Part shown: positions 1 through 12,360 of the stretch, in pieces | Layout of the letters: each line of letters starts with the position of its first letter | Numbering within the stretch: the stretch's first letter is position 1 | DNA from: Camelus dromedarius | Lineage: Eukaryota | Assembly (NCBI RefSeq): GCF_036321535.1 | Contig: NC_087436.1 | Location: 68,264,001-68,328,000, forward strand | Direction of reading: 5' to 3' | Length of the DNA stretch: 64,000 bases | Made by a program: the position numbers and the translations under genes | Notes under the pieces: generated by a model | Told to the model about the DNA's origin: nothing | The model's input: the letters and a program-made list of their open reading frames with translations, nothing else | Databases searched by the model: none

Positions 1-995
1 TTTGTCTGAGAGATAGCATCTACAGAAGAGGGGGATTAATTTTTTTTTAAGTTGGGGATCATGCAATTATACCAATCACTGCATCTCCCAACTTTGGACT
101 TCTCCAGTGTGGGAGATGAATATTGAATGCCACAGAACATAAAACGGATTTAAGAGTAACAGTATAACAAACATGGTTCCTTAAATATGTGGTATTGTTT
201 TCTTGGCAATTCATCTTTAATGTAGTTATGAGCATTTGTGTAGAAATTGTGAGGTGATAATATAATAAGAGAATTCCATAATCTGAGTCCTATAGACCCC
301 TCAAACCCCAATGCCATGGTTCCTAAGCCTTTGTCTTCTTTTAGGGTCCAGCTCATCATTTATTTCAGATATGGTTTCCATATCCAGTGTGGGATATTTG
401 ATTATTCCTCCCCACAGTTGAAATTACTCACTTCTTCTCTGGCACTATCATAACACAAAGTTTAAAATGTTCTGGTATTTTTAAAAAAAGAAAGAAAGAA
501 AATAATGTACAATCCAGGGCAGAACTGATTGCACCCAGAAATACTTCACCAGGAATTAAGTCTATTTTCTACTAATACAAATAGGCTGCTAAACTTTTTA
601 AGTGCTATCAAAAAGCCAGAAATATTCAGGGAAATTTAAATGTATATGGCAGTCCAGGTGAGGTGGAAACAAGAGGCTGTGCTAGGGTAAATTTCATAAA
701 TAAATTAATTCAAAAAGGAATGCAGTGTAATATATAGTAAAAAAAATCACTCCACTTCACAGAAGAGAGTACCATAGATAGGAATGGAAAAAATATATAT
801 CAATTTGCCAAACTCAGCTGCCAGGCATTAAAAAATGTCAAAAGCAGCCATCAAATGGCTAGAACATTTTGATCTTTTTTGAAGTAGCCTTCTTCACAAA
901 TTCTGCCTTCCAAAAAGAACACAATAACTGGCATATGGAAGCAGGTCAACAAAAGTTTATTAAAGACATATGAGCAAAGTTGGCAAAGTTCTCAC

Positions 996-1028
996 CTGTT
1001 AGCAGTGTGTCCTCCATTTATCTGGATC
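996..1028 (-). other. candidate 33-nt exon of an unidentified minus-strand transcript
   Basis: Minus strand reads ttctatttttaag|GATCCAGATAAATGGAGGACACACTGCTAACAG|gtgaga: pyrimidine-rich acceptor and near-consensus CAG|GTGAGA donor in unique sequence. Confidence 0.35.
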
Positions 1029-1445
1029 CTTAAAAATAGAACACTGCTTGCTAAATAGAGAACACAGTTGGGGTAGGGTGGAGGGCATACATGAATAAAA
1101 GGATGGAGGTCCCTATTCACCAAATCATGACTCTACCCTTCCCTACCTTTTCTCAGCAAATTCCACTGAGAGTTTCCTCCATGCTCAGATTTTTTTTTTT
1201 ATATTTACACATCATTGAATAAATAATTCTCTAGATGTGAGATTAAAAATCTGATCAAATGAAGAGCAATCAGTTTGATTTCACTAGACTTTGCATACAA
1301 AAATTTATAGGAAAATGCTGAAGATTTTTTTAATGGCTCTAACTTTGTCAAAAAGAGATAGAATGTAAACTTAATGGTATTTACTCTCCTTCAAAATTTT
1401 CTTACTGGTATTTTTAGGAAAAAAAATTAATCTTTGAGGTGACTG

Positions 1446-1479
1446 TGTTAAGACATGGCCTGTTAAGACATGGCCTGTT
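1446..1479. repeat. 15-bp tandem duplication (tgttaagacatggcc)x2
   Basis: Exact units at 1446-1460 and 1461-1475, plus a partial tgtt. Confidence 0.9.
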
Positions 1480-2384
1480 CAGCTCACTTTTTGATCTCTT
1501 TATCCTAGGAACTTCAAACACTGTGGCCAAGCAAGGAGAGAGAGTCTGGGTGGACAACAAATATTAACAGAGTTAATTACTGGAAGGGTGTAAATTTGGG
1601 TCATACCAGGATACAGCATTTTAAAGGCCTAACTGAAGATAGTGCTGTACAAAACTTATTCTCATATTGCTGAAAACATACTTACTGGCTGAAGTAAAGC
1701 ATTCATCAACCTACAAGCAGGTGGATTTAAGTTTTCAAACTCATGGCTTCCACAGGCACAGAGACTATATTTTCCTTGTAAACCGAATCAGAGCACATCT
1801 GACTCAAGAATTTTGTACACCTTCGTGATGCAATAGGCAGTACAGCAAATGTTATTTGGATGCTTAGGACAATTCAGTGATTTGTGAAGCTGCAAGGAGA
1901 AATTGGGACAGTTCTTGGAAGCCCGGGACGTATGATCCCTATAAGCATGGAAATGAAAAAGTTAGAGGCCACGGCAAGGAGAAGGGAAAGGAAAAAAGGA
2001 AATTCAAGAGTCAAACTGCCTAGGAGAATGGTATTACTTTAAATAGAAAGCTTTGGAACATCAAGATTTAGGCATAGAAAGTCTTCTCATGTGCTGAAAA
2101 TGTGTTTTCTTGTGAAAACTGCAATTAGCCTAATCAATTAGCAAAATATCCCATGTACCACTAGTGGGCAGAGGGATTTTTATCAAAGAAGACTAACACT
2201 TTTTATGGATGAAGCATTTGCCTAGTTAGGCAAACTCACTACAGCAAGGCTGGGTCACCTAGAGAAGAAAAGAACATGGCTAGCAGAGAAAATGTACACT
2301 AGCTAGAACAAGACGTAAAATGGAATTTGCACATTCCCAAACCACATACACCTCCCTGCTCTTTCTCCCTGCAATAAATAAATA

Positions 2385-2720
2385 AATAGATAAACATAAA
2401 TACAAAACAGAAACAGGCTCATAGACATAGAATACAAACTTGTGGTTTCCAAGGGGGCAGGGCTGGGAAGGGACAGACTGGGATTTCAAAACGTAGAATA
2501 GATAAACAAGATTATGCTGTATAGCACAGGGAAATATATACAAGATCTTGTCGTAGCTCACAACGGAAAAAAAAATGTGATAATGAATATATGTATGTTC
2601 ATGTATAACTGAAAAATTGTGCTCTACACTGGAATTTGACATTGTAAAATGACTATAACTCAATTAAAAAATGTAAAACAACAACAACAAAAAAAATAGC
2701 AAACAAAACAAAAAAACAAA
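2385..2720 (+). mobile_element. L1 3' UTR fragment with A-rich tail (young, cetartiodactyl/camelid-type)
   Basis: acagaaacaggctcatagacatagaatacaaacttgtgg...tgtatagcacagggaaatat...gactataactcaattaaaaaa; homologous to the copies at 12060-12360 and 46970-47250. Confidence 0.9.
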
Positions 2721-2759
2721 TAGAGTAATAAATTCTTTAAGAAAGGTGCCTTAGCAGGC

Positions 2760-3060
2760 TTGCCTGCACGTGAGCAGCCTGAGAGCTATTGGTCGTCAAT
2801 GTCATTCCCGTCACTCCGCCAATATATGCTTTTTTTTTTTTTTTTACCTCACACTGATTGGAAGGGTTTTCTAATTTCAGTCGCCAGTTAGTCTGCTCAT
2901 TCAGGCATCCTCCTTCCATAAGTGAATTCCTCCTCATTACAAGGTCACTTTCACCTTACATCTCTGCCTTCTATTTGGCTGTGAAATATCCAGGTGTTCG
3001 GGATTATTAAAACATACGCACAGCTTACGCTGCTTGAGAAAGATTATATTCGTTTTTCAT
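2760..3060. promoter_or_regulatory. putative promoter/enhancer motif cluster
   Basis: CACGTG E-box, three CCAAT/ATTGG boxes, two CGTCA half-CREs, and about 9 CpGs in 300 bp of an otherwise CpG-poor window. Confidence 0.35.
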
Positions 3061-3829
3061 GGGGTTTTACATCTCATAATAAGCTACTTGTGTGATGATC
3101 CATTTTCATTTTTAATTAGGTTGTCCTCTGAATTCCCTTTTTGCTCCTACAGACAAGAAAAAAATTAATCAAGAAATGTCTTTGTGAGCTCTGAAACAAT
3201 TAACATGCAATTCTTGTAGGGGCGTTATCAAATCAAGAGAATCTGGAATGAGTTGTTTGGTGTTATCATCACCAAAGCCAAACTCTCACTCTACATGTAA
3301 AACATGTCTGATAAGCCTTATTACATAAAGTTAAAATAGTGTTTTTGAGAAAGAAAATGGATCCCTGAATCTGGTTATGGGAAGCTAGTATCAACTTAAC
3401 AGAGTGTCTATTATCAACGAGTGATTATGATAAGTGCTGTCTTAGAGGGGAGCAAATCCTGAGAAGTAATTGGATTTGCTAAATCCAGACTGGCTTTGGC
3501 TTTGGTTCTGGCACCTGCAACAAAAAAAGGACAGCTGTTCTGGACACCCACCAAGTAAATACTATTAAGCTCATTAACACAAACCTTTTGGCTATGATCA
3601 AGTGAAGCATCAGCTTAATCTATTATATGTCTTCTGTCAAGGGACTCACTCGGTCTTGCCCTGCTACTTAGAGAGGTTGTAGGGTGGGATTTGGCAAGCC
3701 AACAAAATGTTTTCCATTTTTAACAGCTATGAGTTTTATTTATGATCCAAGTGAAATGGCATGATAATGCTAATGATAATAATACCTCGGATGGATAAAC
3801 ACCTCAATCCTAAGGAGCTCAGAGAGCTC

Positions 3830-4000
3830 TGCTGATATTTACCTAATTAATCCTCACCACATGCTTGGTGAGTAGGCATGTGGGATTATCCCTGGTTTAC
3901 AAATGAAAAAAAATGGGGCAAAAGTGACCAGCCTGGGATCACTGAGTAAGCTTAGTGGAGAAAATAATATAGCCAAGGATTCTTAACTCCCAATGCAATC
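3830..4000 (-). mobile_element. MIR SINE
   Basis: ttaatcctcacca...attatccctggtttacaaatgaaaaaaatggggc matches the reverse MIR core. Confidence 0.7.
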
Positions 4001-4380
4001 TTGTGATTAAAATAGCAATTGTTACAATTTTAAGATTCCTGGTAAGAAATATATATGTAACTGTGAAATATGACTACCTGGTAATTGCATGAGATTGCTC
4101 AGGGAGCATCAATCAATTAGAGTCAACTAATAGACAAGATAATGGGGAATGTGGAAACATTATATCCTCAGATGATCTATAAATTTCTTTTTATCCACAT
4201 AGGTTGACCATTGTTTTTAGACCAAATTCCAACTGATTTCAAAGGGAGAAGTGGGGCAATAACTTAGGAAGCCTTTTGAACATCACTCCAAAAGAACAGA
4301 GAAATGACAGATAAACCTGTATGTTCTATAAACAGTTTCTTGCTTGCTGTTTAAGCCTCAGAATTTTATCACTTTAAAAC

Positions 4381-4680
4381 CTCATGGGCATTGAAAACAA
4401 ACTTATGGTTACCAAAGGGAAAAGGGGGTGAGGGAGGGATAAGTTAGGAGTTTGGGATTAGCAGATACAAACTACATTTAAAACAAACAGGGTCCTACTG
4501 TATTGCACAGGGAACTATATTCAATATCTTGTAATAAACCATAATGGGAACGAATATGAAAGAATATATGTATATGTGTTTATAACTGAATCACTTTGCT
4601 GTACACCAGAAACTAACACAACATGGTAAATCAACTATATGTGAATAAAAAATAGAAATAAAAATTTAAAATTAAAAAAC
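4381..4680 (+). mobile_element. L1 3' UTR fragment
   Basis: gaaaacaaacttatggttaccaaaggg...cacagggaactatattcaatatcttg...A-rich tail; imperfect TSD aaaacct(a)catgg. Confidence 0.9.
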
Positions 4681-5464
4681 CTACATGGAGTGAAACAATG
4701 ATTTTATCCATATTATTAAAATATTGTCATAAATAAAACAACCTGGCAGATGCTACCTGAATCTCAGATTTAAAAAAAAAAAATCTCAGCTTAAAGAAAG
4801 GTGATCATACAGATTTAGCTCTGAAAATCAGATACAGAAAGTGTCAGGTTTTCTATCCTCTGATTCAACCTTTCCTGATCCTTATAGGGTCAATTGAGCA
4901 TTCAGTAACAGCCATTGGAGCTAATCAACTGAATATTAACATGATTCTGACAGCCTTCAAAACAATTGAAATTTGACCGATTGCAAACTATAAGAAATCT
5001 ATGCATATTTTATCTGGAGCTGTTCTTTCTTTTTGCAGCAATGAGTATATTTCAGTTTTTACCTATCCATAGCTAGCACATCTCTCTACAATATCATAAA
5101 ATAAGCAGAAAGAGTAGAATTGGGTTGAAGTTCAGAAAGAGGATTTTGTTTCCAGTCCAAAAGCCAGATGGATCACAATTTAACTTTTTGGAGGGCCTCA
5201 GTTCCTTAAAAACAAGAGACAATGAAGAAAATATGGAATAAATAGAAAATAGGCATATTTCTGTAACAGAACATATAGTATCTAGCATAAAGCCAGTAGC
5301 TGAGTCACCTTTGAGAAGAGTATTTTTAGTTTTGTTACTCGGAACTCCTGGGGTCCCTGGACTGTCCAGGTACATTTCAGTCACAGAATAAGACTCTTAA
5401 TAAGATAATTATTAGTTAAATGTTGAACATTTTTAATATGCTAACACCACGCAAATATATATCA

Positions 5465-5690
5465 TTTCTCATATGCCAAGCATTGCATTAGGTACTTTTA
5501 CATTTCTAATTTATTTAGTCCCCACAACAAATCTATTCTTCACAGAGGTAAACATTCAAAAAATGTTGGTTGGATAAATGAATGAAACAGATATTACCTT
5601 AATTTTACAGACTAAAGTTCCTAACAATAGAGTGATTTGTTTGATGTCATACAGCTACTAAATGACCAGGCCAGTGTTCAAATCTTGATT
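5465..5690 (-). mobile_element. MIR SINE, apparently interrupted by an L2 3' tail (~5535-5587, + strand)
   Basis: MIR-like halves (tatgccaagcattg...cccacaaca and attttacagact...catacagcta) flank ttcaaaaaatgttggttggataaatgaatgaa. Confidence 0.55.
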
Positions 5691-6864
5691 CTTACAATGA
5701 GTGCAGAACCTCTCTAATGAGTGTATAATTGCAGAATTTCAATTATTCAAATGTTTCCCCAAATAGGCAACTAGTTTTTTTAAATGCCTATATGGGATGC
5801 TTTCTGAGTGTCATTTCTGAACCCCTAATAATTAAAAGTGGGAGACAAGTAATACGTAATCTCATAAAGACAAAACTAAGTCCCCCAAATATGGAGTTCA
5901 ATTAATACCTTACTTCCTGTCTCCTCTATTTCTTTTAAAATAGAGATTTTGCTCAAATGACTGTGGTCTTAGGAGAACAAAGATAATGACATTTATCCCC
6001 AGATAAATGATGTTGTTTATCTGCCTCCATGGCCATTAGAATACCACTGAAGCTCCTCATGCCTCCTCTGGTCCCAAGTAAGTGTCCAGAAAATGAAACT
6101 GCTTCCTACATCTGACATCCAGAGGAAGCTGACAAATTAGAGAACTATTCTTGAAAAAGTCATCAGAGTGAATGCATAGAAAAGAACTACAGGTGTAGGA
6201 AGGAGAAAGAAGACCTAAGAAAGTGAATAAGGAATGTTTGTGCTCTGTTTCGTTTTAAATCATTCTCAATGGACAACTCTTTCAGAAATGGTCTTTGAAA
6301 AACCAAAGGCAAAAGTGTTTCAATGGCAGACAATGAGAGGTCTATACCTAAACTCAACACAGAATGTTCGAGCTTTGGTGTGCGTGCTCATTTCATCAAT
6401 ATGCCACATGCAAGCAATTCCAAATGCAAACTTCCAAACATTTTGCATTTTACTAATGAAGTATTTGAAAAATACACAAATTTCACAATCACATTGAGCT
6501 TAAAATGATAAAGTATTTTTAATTAGAAATATGATGGTCTGCTGTTACATAGTTATAGAACTACTAAACAGAATTATATTGTCATTATAATTTAAATAGG
6601 AATATTAACAATTGAACACTTATGTTTGCAAAAACTTGATGTGTGTATAATGAGTGATTGAACACAGAATTTGTTAAATTGTTAACATTTCTGTGTATGT
6701 TATAATAACACAAGTGAACCTCTCAGGTATAAAAAGTATGAGGCTTCAGTTTTAACAGACTGTTGAGGGTTGACGAGGGACCCAACAGAAATATCAGAAC
6801 TAAACCATTATAAATTTTTTTAATGTGACATTGTTATGGATTTTTGTCCTAATATTTTTTTTAA

Positions 6865-7246
6865 CATTACCTGGAGAGTACCCTAACAAAATACCATAGA
6901 TGAGGTGTTTAAGAAAATGAGAACTGTTTTCTCATAGTTTGGAGGCTGGACATCCAAGATTAGAGTGCCAACGTGGTCAGTTTCTGATGAAAGTTCATTC
7001 CCTGGCTTGTAGATTTTCACCTTCTCACTGTGTCCTAATGTGGTGGGGAGAGACAGTGAGGAAGCTTCCAGTTTCTCTTCTTATAAGGGCACTAATCCCA
7101 TCATAAGAACCATATCTTCATAATTTTATCTAAAACTAATGAAGTGCTAAGGGCCCCATCTCCAAATACCCTCACACTGAGGGGTTAGAGCTTCAACATA
7201 TGAACTTTGTGGGGTGGGTGGTAGGAACAGAATTCAGTACGCAGCA
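6865..7246 (-). mobile_element. MaLR solo LTR, MLT1A-like
   Basis: aacaaaataccataga...ggaggctggacatccaagat...cttataagggcactaatccc...cttcaacatatgaa...attcagtacgcagca. Confidence 0.85.
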
Positions 7247-8880
7247 GAGACCTGAATGGTGTCAATGAGTGAAGACCAGATGGAGGAAATATTCCAGGTG
7301 GAGAGCACAGTAAATGCAAATGCTCTGAAGCAAGAACCAGCTTCGAGTGTTTGAGAAACAAGGGCAGTAGAGCTAAAACAAAATGAGCAAGTGAGAAAGT
7401 GATAGAAATGAAGTTAGAGAGACAGACAGGAGCCAGATCACATGATATTGCAAGAGCAATAAGGAATTCAGATATTATTCTGAACACAATGCAAATAAAT
7501 AGATGGGTTTTGAGGAAGAAAATTATTTGATCTAATTTATGTCTAGAAGAAAATCATTCCTGCTGCTCCAGGGAGAATTGAGTGAAGGGACAAAAGTGAA
7601 AGCATCCTAGATTGGAGGCTCTTGGAAAGTCTAAGTGGAAAATATTAGTGTTAGTTTAGTAGTGGTGGAAATGATCAGAGGTGGTGGGATTCTTAAAGGT
7701 AAAACCAACAGGACTAGTTGATAGAATAGATGTCTGAAGTAAAAGAGAAAGAGATGGAGACTGAGGAATGAAGACTTACTCTGAAGTTTTGGCCTCATCA
7801 AGTACATACATAATTTATTGAGACTGATTAGACAAGAAAAGAAGTAATGGAGTGAAAATTAAGAGTTCAATTTCACATGTAAAGTCTGAGATGCCTACTA
7901 GACATCCACATTAAGGCTGGATGTTGGAAAGACCAAAGAAAACGTTAGGAATGAGCATATAATTTGTAAGTCATCAGCAGAGAAGTATTTAAAAAGCTAT
8001 GGGAATTATATTCAATATCTTATAATAACTTTTAATGAAAAAGAATATGAAAGTGAATATATGTATGTATATGTATGACTGGGGCATTATGCTGTACACC
8101 AGAAATTGATACATTGTAACTGACTAAATTAAAAAAAAGCTATGGAACTGAATGAGATCACTCAAGAGACAGTGGAGAAAGAAGAGACCAATAGCTGAAC
8201 TCTGGCATTGCACATTTAGAGACAGGCAGCAGGAGGAATAGTCACCAAGGAGATTTAGGAAACGCTGGCAGAGCAGTAGAAAGAAATTCCAGGAGAGTGT
8301 GGCTCTACAAATTCATTAGAAGAAATGTATTTGAACATGTCACATTCTGCTGAGACTTTAAGTAGGAAGAGGACAGAAAATGGATCATCTGACTTGACAA
8401 GATGGAAGTCGACTGTTAACATCCATTTTTAGTGGAGTTTTAGTAGAGACAAAAGACTAATTGGAATAGGTTAAAGAGAGAATTGGAAATGAAAAAGTGA
8501 AGAATGCAAGTAGAGACAATTCTTTCAAAGAGTTTTGCTTTAAAAGAGAACAGAGAAGCATGGCAGCAGCTGAAGAAGGACAACGGATCAAGGGAGGATT
8601 TCCTTAATGCAAGATAATAGCAAGTTTATGTGCAGATGAGAATTATTCAGAAGAGAAACTGATTGAGCAGGAGAGAAAGAGACAATAACTACCAAAAACC
8701 TTAAGTATGCAAGAGTTAGTGAAATGCTGTGCCAAGGCAGTGAGGTTGCCCACATGCAGTAACAGAGAGAAGTCCCTTAACCCAACAAGAGGAAAGTCAA
8801 GGTATGGGTTCATATCCAGGTATGTTTTGGAAATTTGTTGGATGAGATATGGATTAGTTGCTTTCTGAGTAAGGAAGAGG
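7247..8880 (-). mobile_element. L2 LINE fragment, interrupted by an L1 at 8003-8133
   Basis: Purine-rich L2 antisense motifs: attccaggtggagagcacag, gagatgcctactagacatcca, gtagagacaattctttcaaagagttttgct. Confidence 0.8.
8003..8133 (+). mobile_element. very short L1 3' end with 12-bp TSD
   Basis: TSD aaaaagctatgg at 7991-8002 and 8134-8145; body ...tgctgtacaccagaaattgatacattgtaactgact. Confidence 0.9.
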
Positions 8881-9879
8881 AGATGGCATTGGAAGTTTGA
8901 AGAGAGAGTGAGTAGGAGGTCATTATCACAGTTAGAACATAAAATTTTATGATATAATAAAAGTGAGTTTCTCTTGGAACTTAATTCCCACTGGCAACAT
9001 TGTTGGTATGGATAATTATTTCAAATAATGTCATTTATAATAAAGCCCACATTTCCAGGAAATATAACCCTGGTGTTATTCAAATAAGTGGAGTATTCCC
9101 TTCTCACAAAACTAATAATACTACATTAATGAAATTTTGCTAACAAAGTCCACAAAGTTGCTCATTACCTCCTATTAAGAAAGACATTATTATATCTAAT
9201 ACACTTTTCTATTAAGAAACTAAAACTAAAACCCTATTAAACCATATTTAGTTTCTATTTTGAATGAAGAAAGTTCTGATTATTCAAGCAAAAAGCAATT
9301 CATTCACAGACAATAAATTGGCAATGAAAGATCTCAATAAGGTGAAAAACAACTTCTCACTGTGTCCTAATACAGCAAGGAGGGGGAGAGTGAGCAAGTT
9401 CTCTTCTGTCTTCTTTTCACTGTATTTTCTGGAAAACACATTCAACATAAATGTTAGGGAACAAAATACCCAGGGCAGATTTCCCTGAAAATTTTAATGA
9501 AAGATTCAGATATAAACCCAAAGAGTTCAACTTATGTTTTAAAAGTTACTATTTTTTTTCACTGTTATAATAATAGAATTTTATCAACACAAAACAAAAT
9601 CAATTTAACAGAGTATTTCATAGACGTAGATGTTCTATAAAAAATATAATCTCATTTATTTAGAAACTGTCATCTATAGCTCTAGTTTGAGTTATATTTT
9701 ATCATATATTTTATATAATATTTATCATATATTAGTGTTCTGTCCTCTTTCTACAATCACTATGGAATTATTTCAACCAGGGAATACTTGTTCAACTCTC
9801 CAGATTATATGCATACTCAGAATGTACACAACCTAGTTTAATTCACACATTCAATTAGGACTCAAGCATTAACAGTTGC

Positions 9880-10284
9880 TGTTACTTAGATTTCCTGGGT
9901 AGTAGACTCTGAAACAGGGATTAGCCCACAGGGAGTTTGCTAGGGAGTGCTCTAGATATTACCATCTGGAGGGGAAGGAAAGGAAGAGGGAGGGTCTGGG
10001 CTGCAGGACATTCTCAACAAGGGCTCAGCTGAAACCACAGGAGCTCTGAAGCTAAGATGGCCCTTAGAAGTTGCCCCCAGCTGGGGAGAGGGAGAGAGGC
10101 CTTTGCTTCCCCAACAGAATCTGACTTGGGTATCAGTTGCCCCTGTGAAGGGGGCATACTTTGAACAAGGTAGCTCTCTTTAGCTGAGGACCATTCCCAG
10201 CAGAGATCTATCAGACAGCAGCACTCCCAGCAACTGGAGGAAATGTCCTTCAGTCCTGAAGAGGGGTCAGGGGGGTCCGCTACA
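9880..10284 (-). mobile_element. ERVL solo LTR, LTR16-like
   Basis: ggagctctgaagctaagatggcccttagaagttg...cactcccagcaactgg...gtcctgaag...ctaca end. Confidence 0.8.
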
Positions 10285-11052
10285 AGACCAAAGATAATCT
10301 TTGTAAAACTGAGAAACTATATTTATAAATAATCATTTCAAGGATTCCCTTTGAAAACATAGAGACAACTTAGTTCACTCTACAGCTACAATTTGCTCTG
10401 GGGTGAGTATGAGCAGAGGATTTCCTCAGCCAGAATATGTGCTAACCTCAAAGATTCAGAGAGGTCCTGATAGCTATTCAGAGCTGAGAAGTCTAATATG
10501 CACAAGATTCTCTATGACCAAGTGAGAAAATTTGGAAGGAACATGACAGGTGCCACCTTTTATCTTTGAAGACAGGCATCTAAAAGTCGGCACAGGGCAT
10601 TAACTACAAGTTCAAGGATGGCCAGGCTGATAGCTCTGCTGAGCTCAGCAAGAGTCAAAACCCTGGTCCCCTCTCACAGACAGCCCCGACTCCCAGGAAG
10701 AGAGAACATTGAGGATTATTAGGGTAGCACTCCTCTGCTGAGGATCTGGAGAACTTAGAGAATAATAGGAGTTATGGTCATGGTAACAGTAACAGTAGTT
10801 GTAGTAGTAGAGGCAGGAAAACCACTAATCTAGTAATCAATACTTTCTACATCCAGGCATTGTATTAGGGACCCTAACTGAATTACAAAAAGTAAAATAA
10901 TTTCCAAGATTCCCTGCTAATAAAGAACAGAACCAAGATTTGGATACCTGTCTATCTTAACTCCAAATATTCTTTTTATTACATAAATAAAGTTTTAGGG
11001 AGAAAAAAGGTTACAATCCCAAGTGCCTACAGAAGTCACAGAAATAATAATG

Positions 11053-12360
11053 AGTACATAACATACACAAAAACAAACTCAAAATGGCTCAAAGACTTAA
11101 ACATAAGACAAGACACTGTAAACCTACTAGAAGAAAACACAGGCAAAACATTTTCTGACACATATCTTAGCAATGTTCTCCTAGGGCAGTCTACCTAGGC
11201 AATAGAAATAAAAGTAAAAATAAACAAATGGGACCTAGTTAAACTTAAAAGCTTTTGCACCACAAAGAAAACTATAAACAAAATGAAAAGACAATCTACA
11301 GGATGGGAGAAAATATTTGCAAATGATGTGACAGACAATTGCTTAATTTCCAGAATATATAAACAGCTCATACAACTCAATAACAACAACAACAACAAAA
11401 AAAAAACCCAATCCAAAAGTGGACAGAAGACCTAAACAAACATTTCTCCACTGAAGACACACAGATAGCCAATAAGCACATGAAAAAATGCTCAGTATCA
11501 CTAATTATTAGAGGAATGCTAATCACAACCACAATGAGTCACACCAGTCAAAATGGCCATCATTAAAAAGTCCATAAACAATAAATGGAGAGGGTGTGGA
11601 GAAAAGGGAACCCTCCTACACTGTTGGTGGGAATGTAGTTTGGTGCAACCATTATGGAAAACAGTATGGAGTTTTCTTAAAAAAACTTAAAGTAGACTTA
11701 CCATATGATCCAGCAATCTCACCCCTGGGCATGTATCTGGAGGAAGCTCTAATTTGAAAAGATACATGCACCCCAATGTTCATAGCAACACTATTTACAA
11801 TAGCCAAGTCATGGAAACAACCTAAATGTCCATCAACAGGTGACTGGATAAAGAAGATATAGTACATATACCATGGTATACTACTCAGCCATAAAAAAGA
11901 ATAAAATAATGCCGTTTGCAGCAACATAGATAGACATGGAGATTATCATACTAAATGAAGTAAGCCAGAAAGAGAAAGAAAAATACCATATGATATCACT
12001 TAATGTGGAATCTGAAAAAAAAAAAAAACAAAGAGAAAGAGAGACAAATGTGCTTATTTACAAAACAGAAACAGACTCACTGACATAGAAAACAAACTTA
12101 TGGTTACCAGGGTGGAAAGAGGTACGGGTGGAGAGATACATTGGAAGTTCGAGATTTGCAGATACTAACTACTATATATAAAATAGATAAACAGAAAAGT
12201 CCTACTATATAGCACAGGGAACTATATTCAATACCTGGTGATAACCTATAATAAAAAGAATATGAAAAGGAATATATATATATATGTATACCTGAATCTC
12301 TATGCTGTACTCTAGAAACTAACACAACATTGTAAACAGACTGTACCTCAAATAAAAAAA
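11053..12360 (+). mobile_element. 5'-truncated L1 (decayed ORF2 C-terminus, 3' UTR and polyA) with 13-bp TSD
   Basis: Disrupted ORF2 motifs (LPYDPAI, CTPMFIA, WKQPKCPS) with stops; TSD agaaataataatg at 11040-11052 and 12361-12373. Confidence 0.95.
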
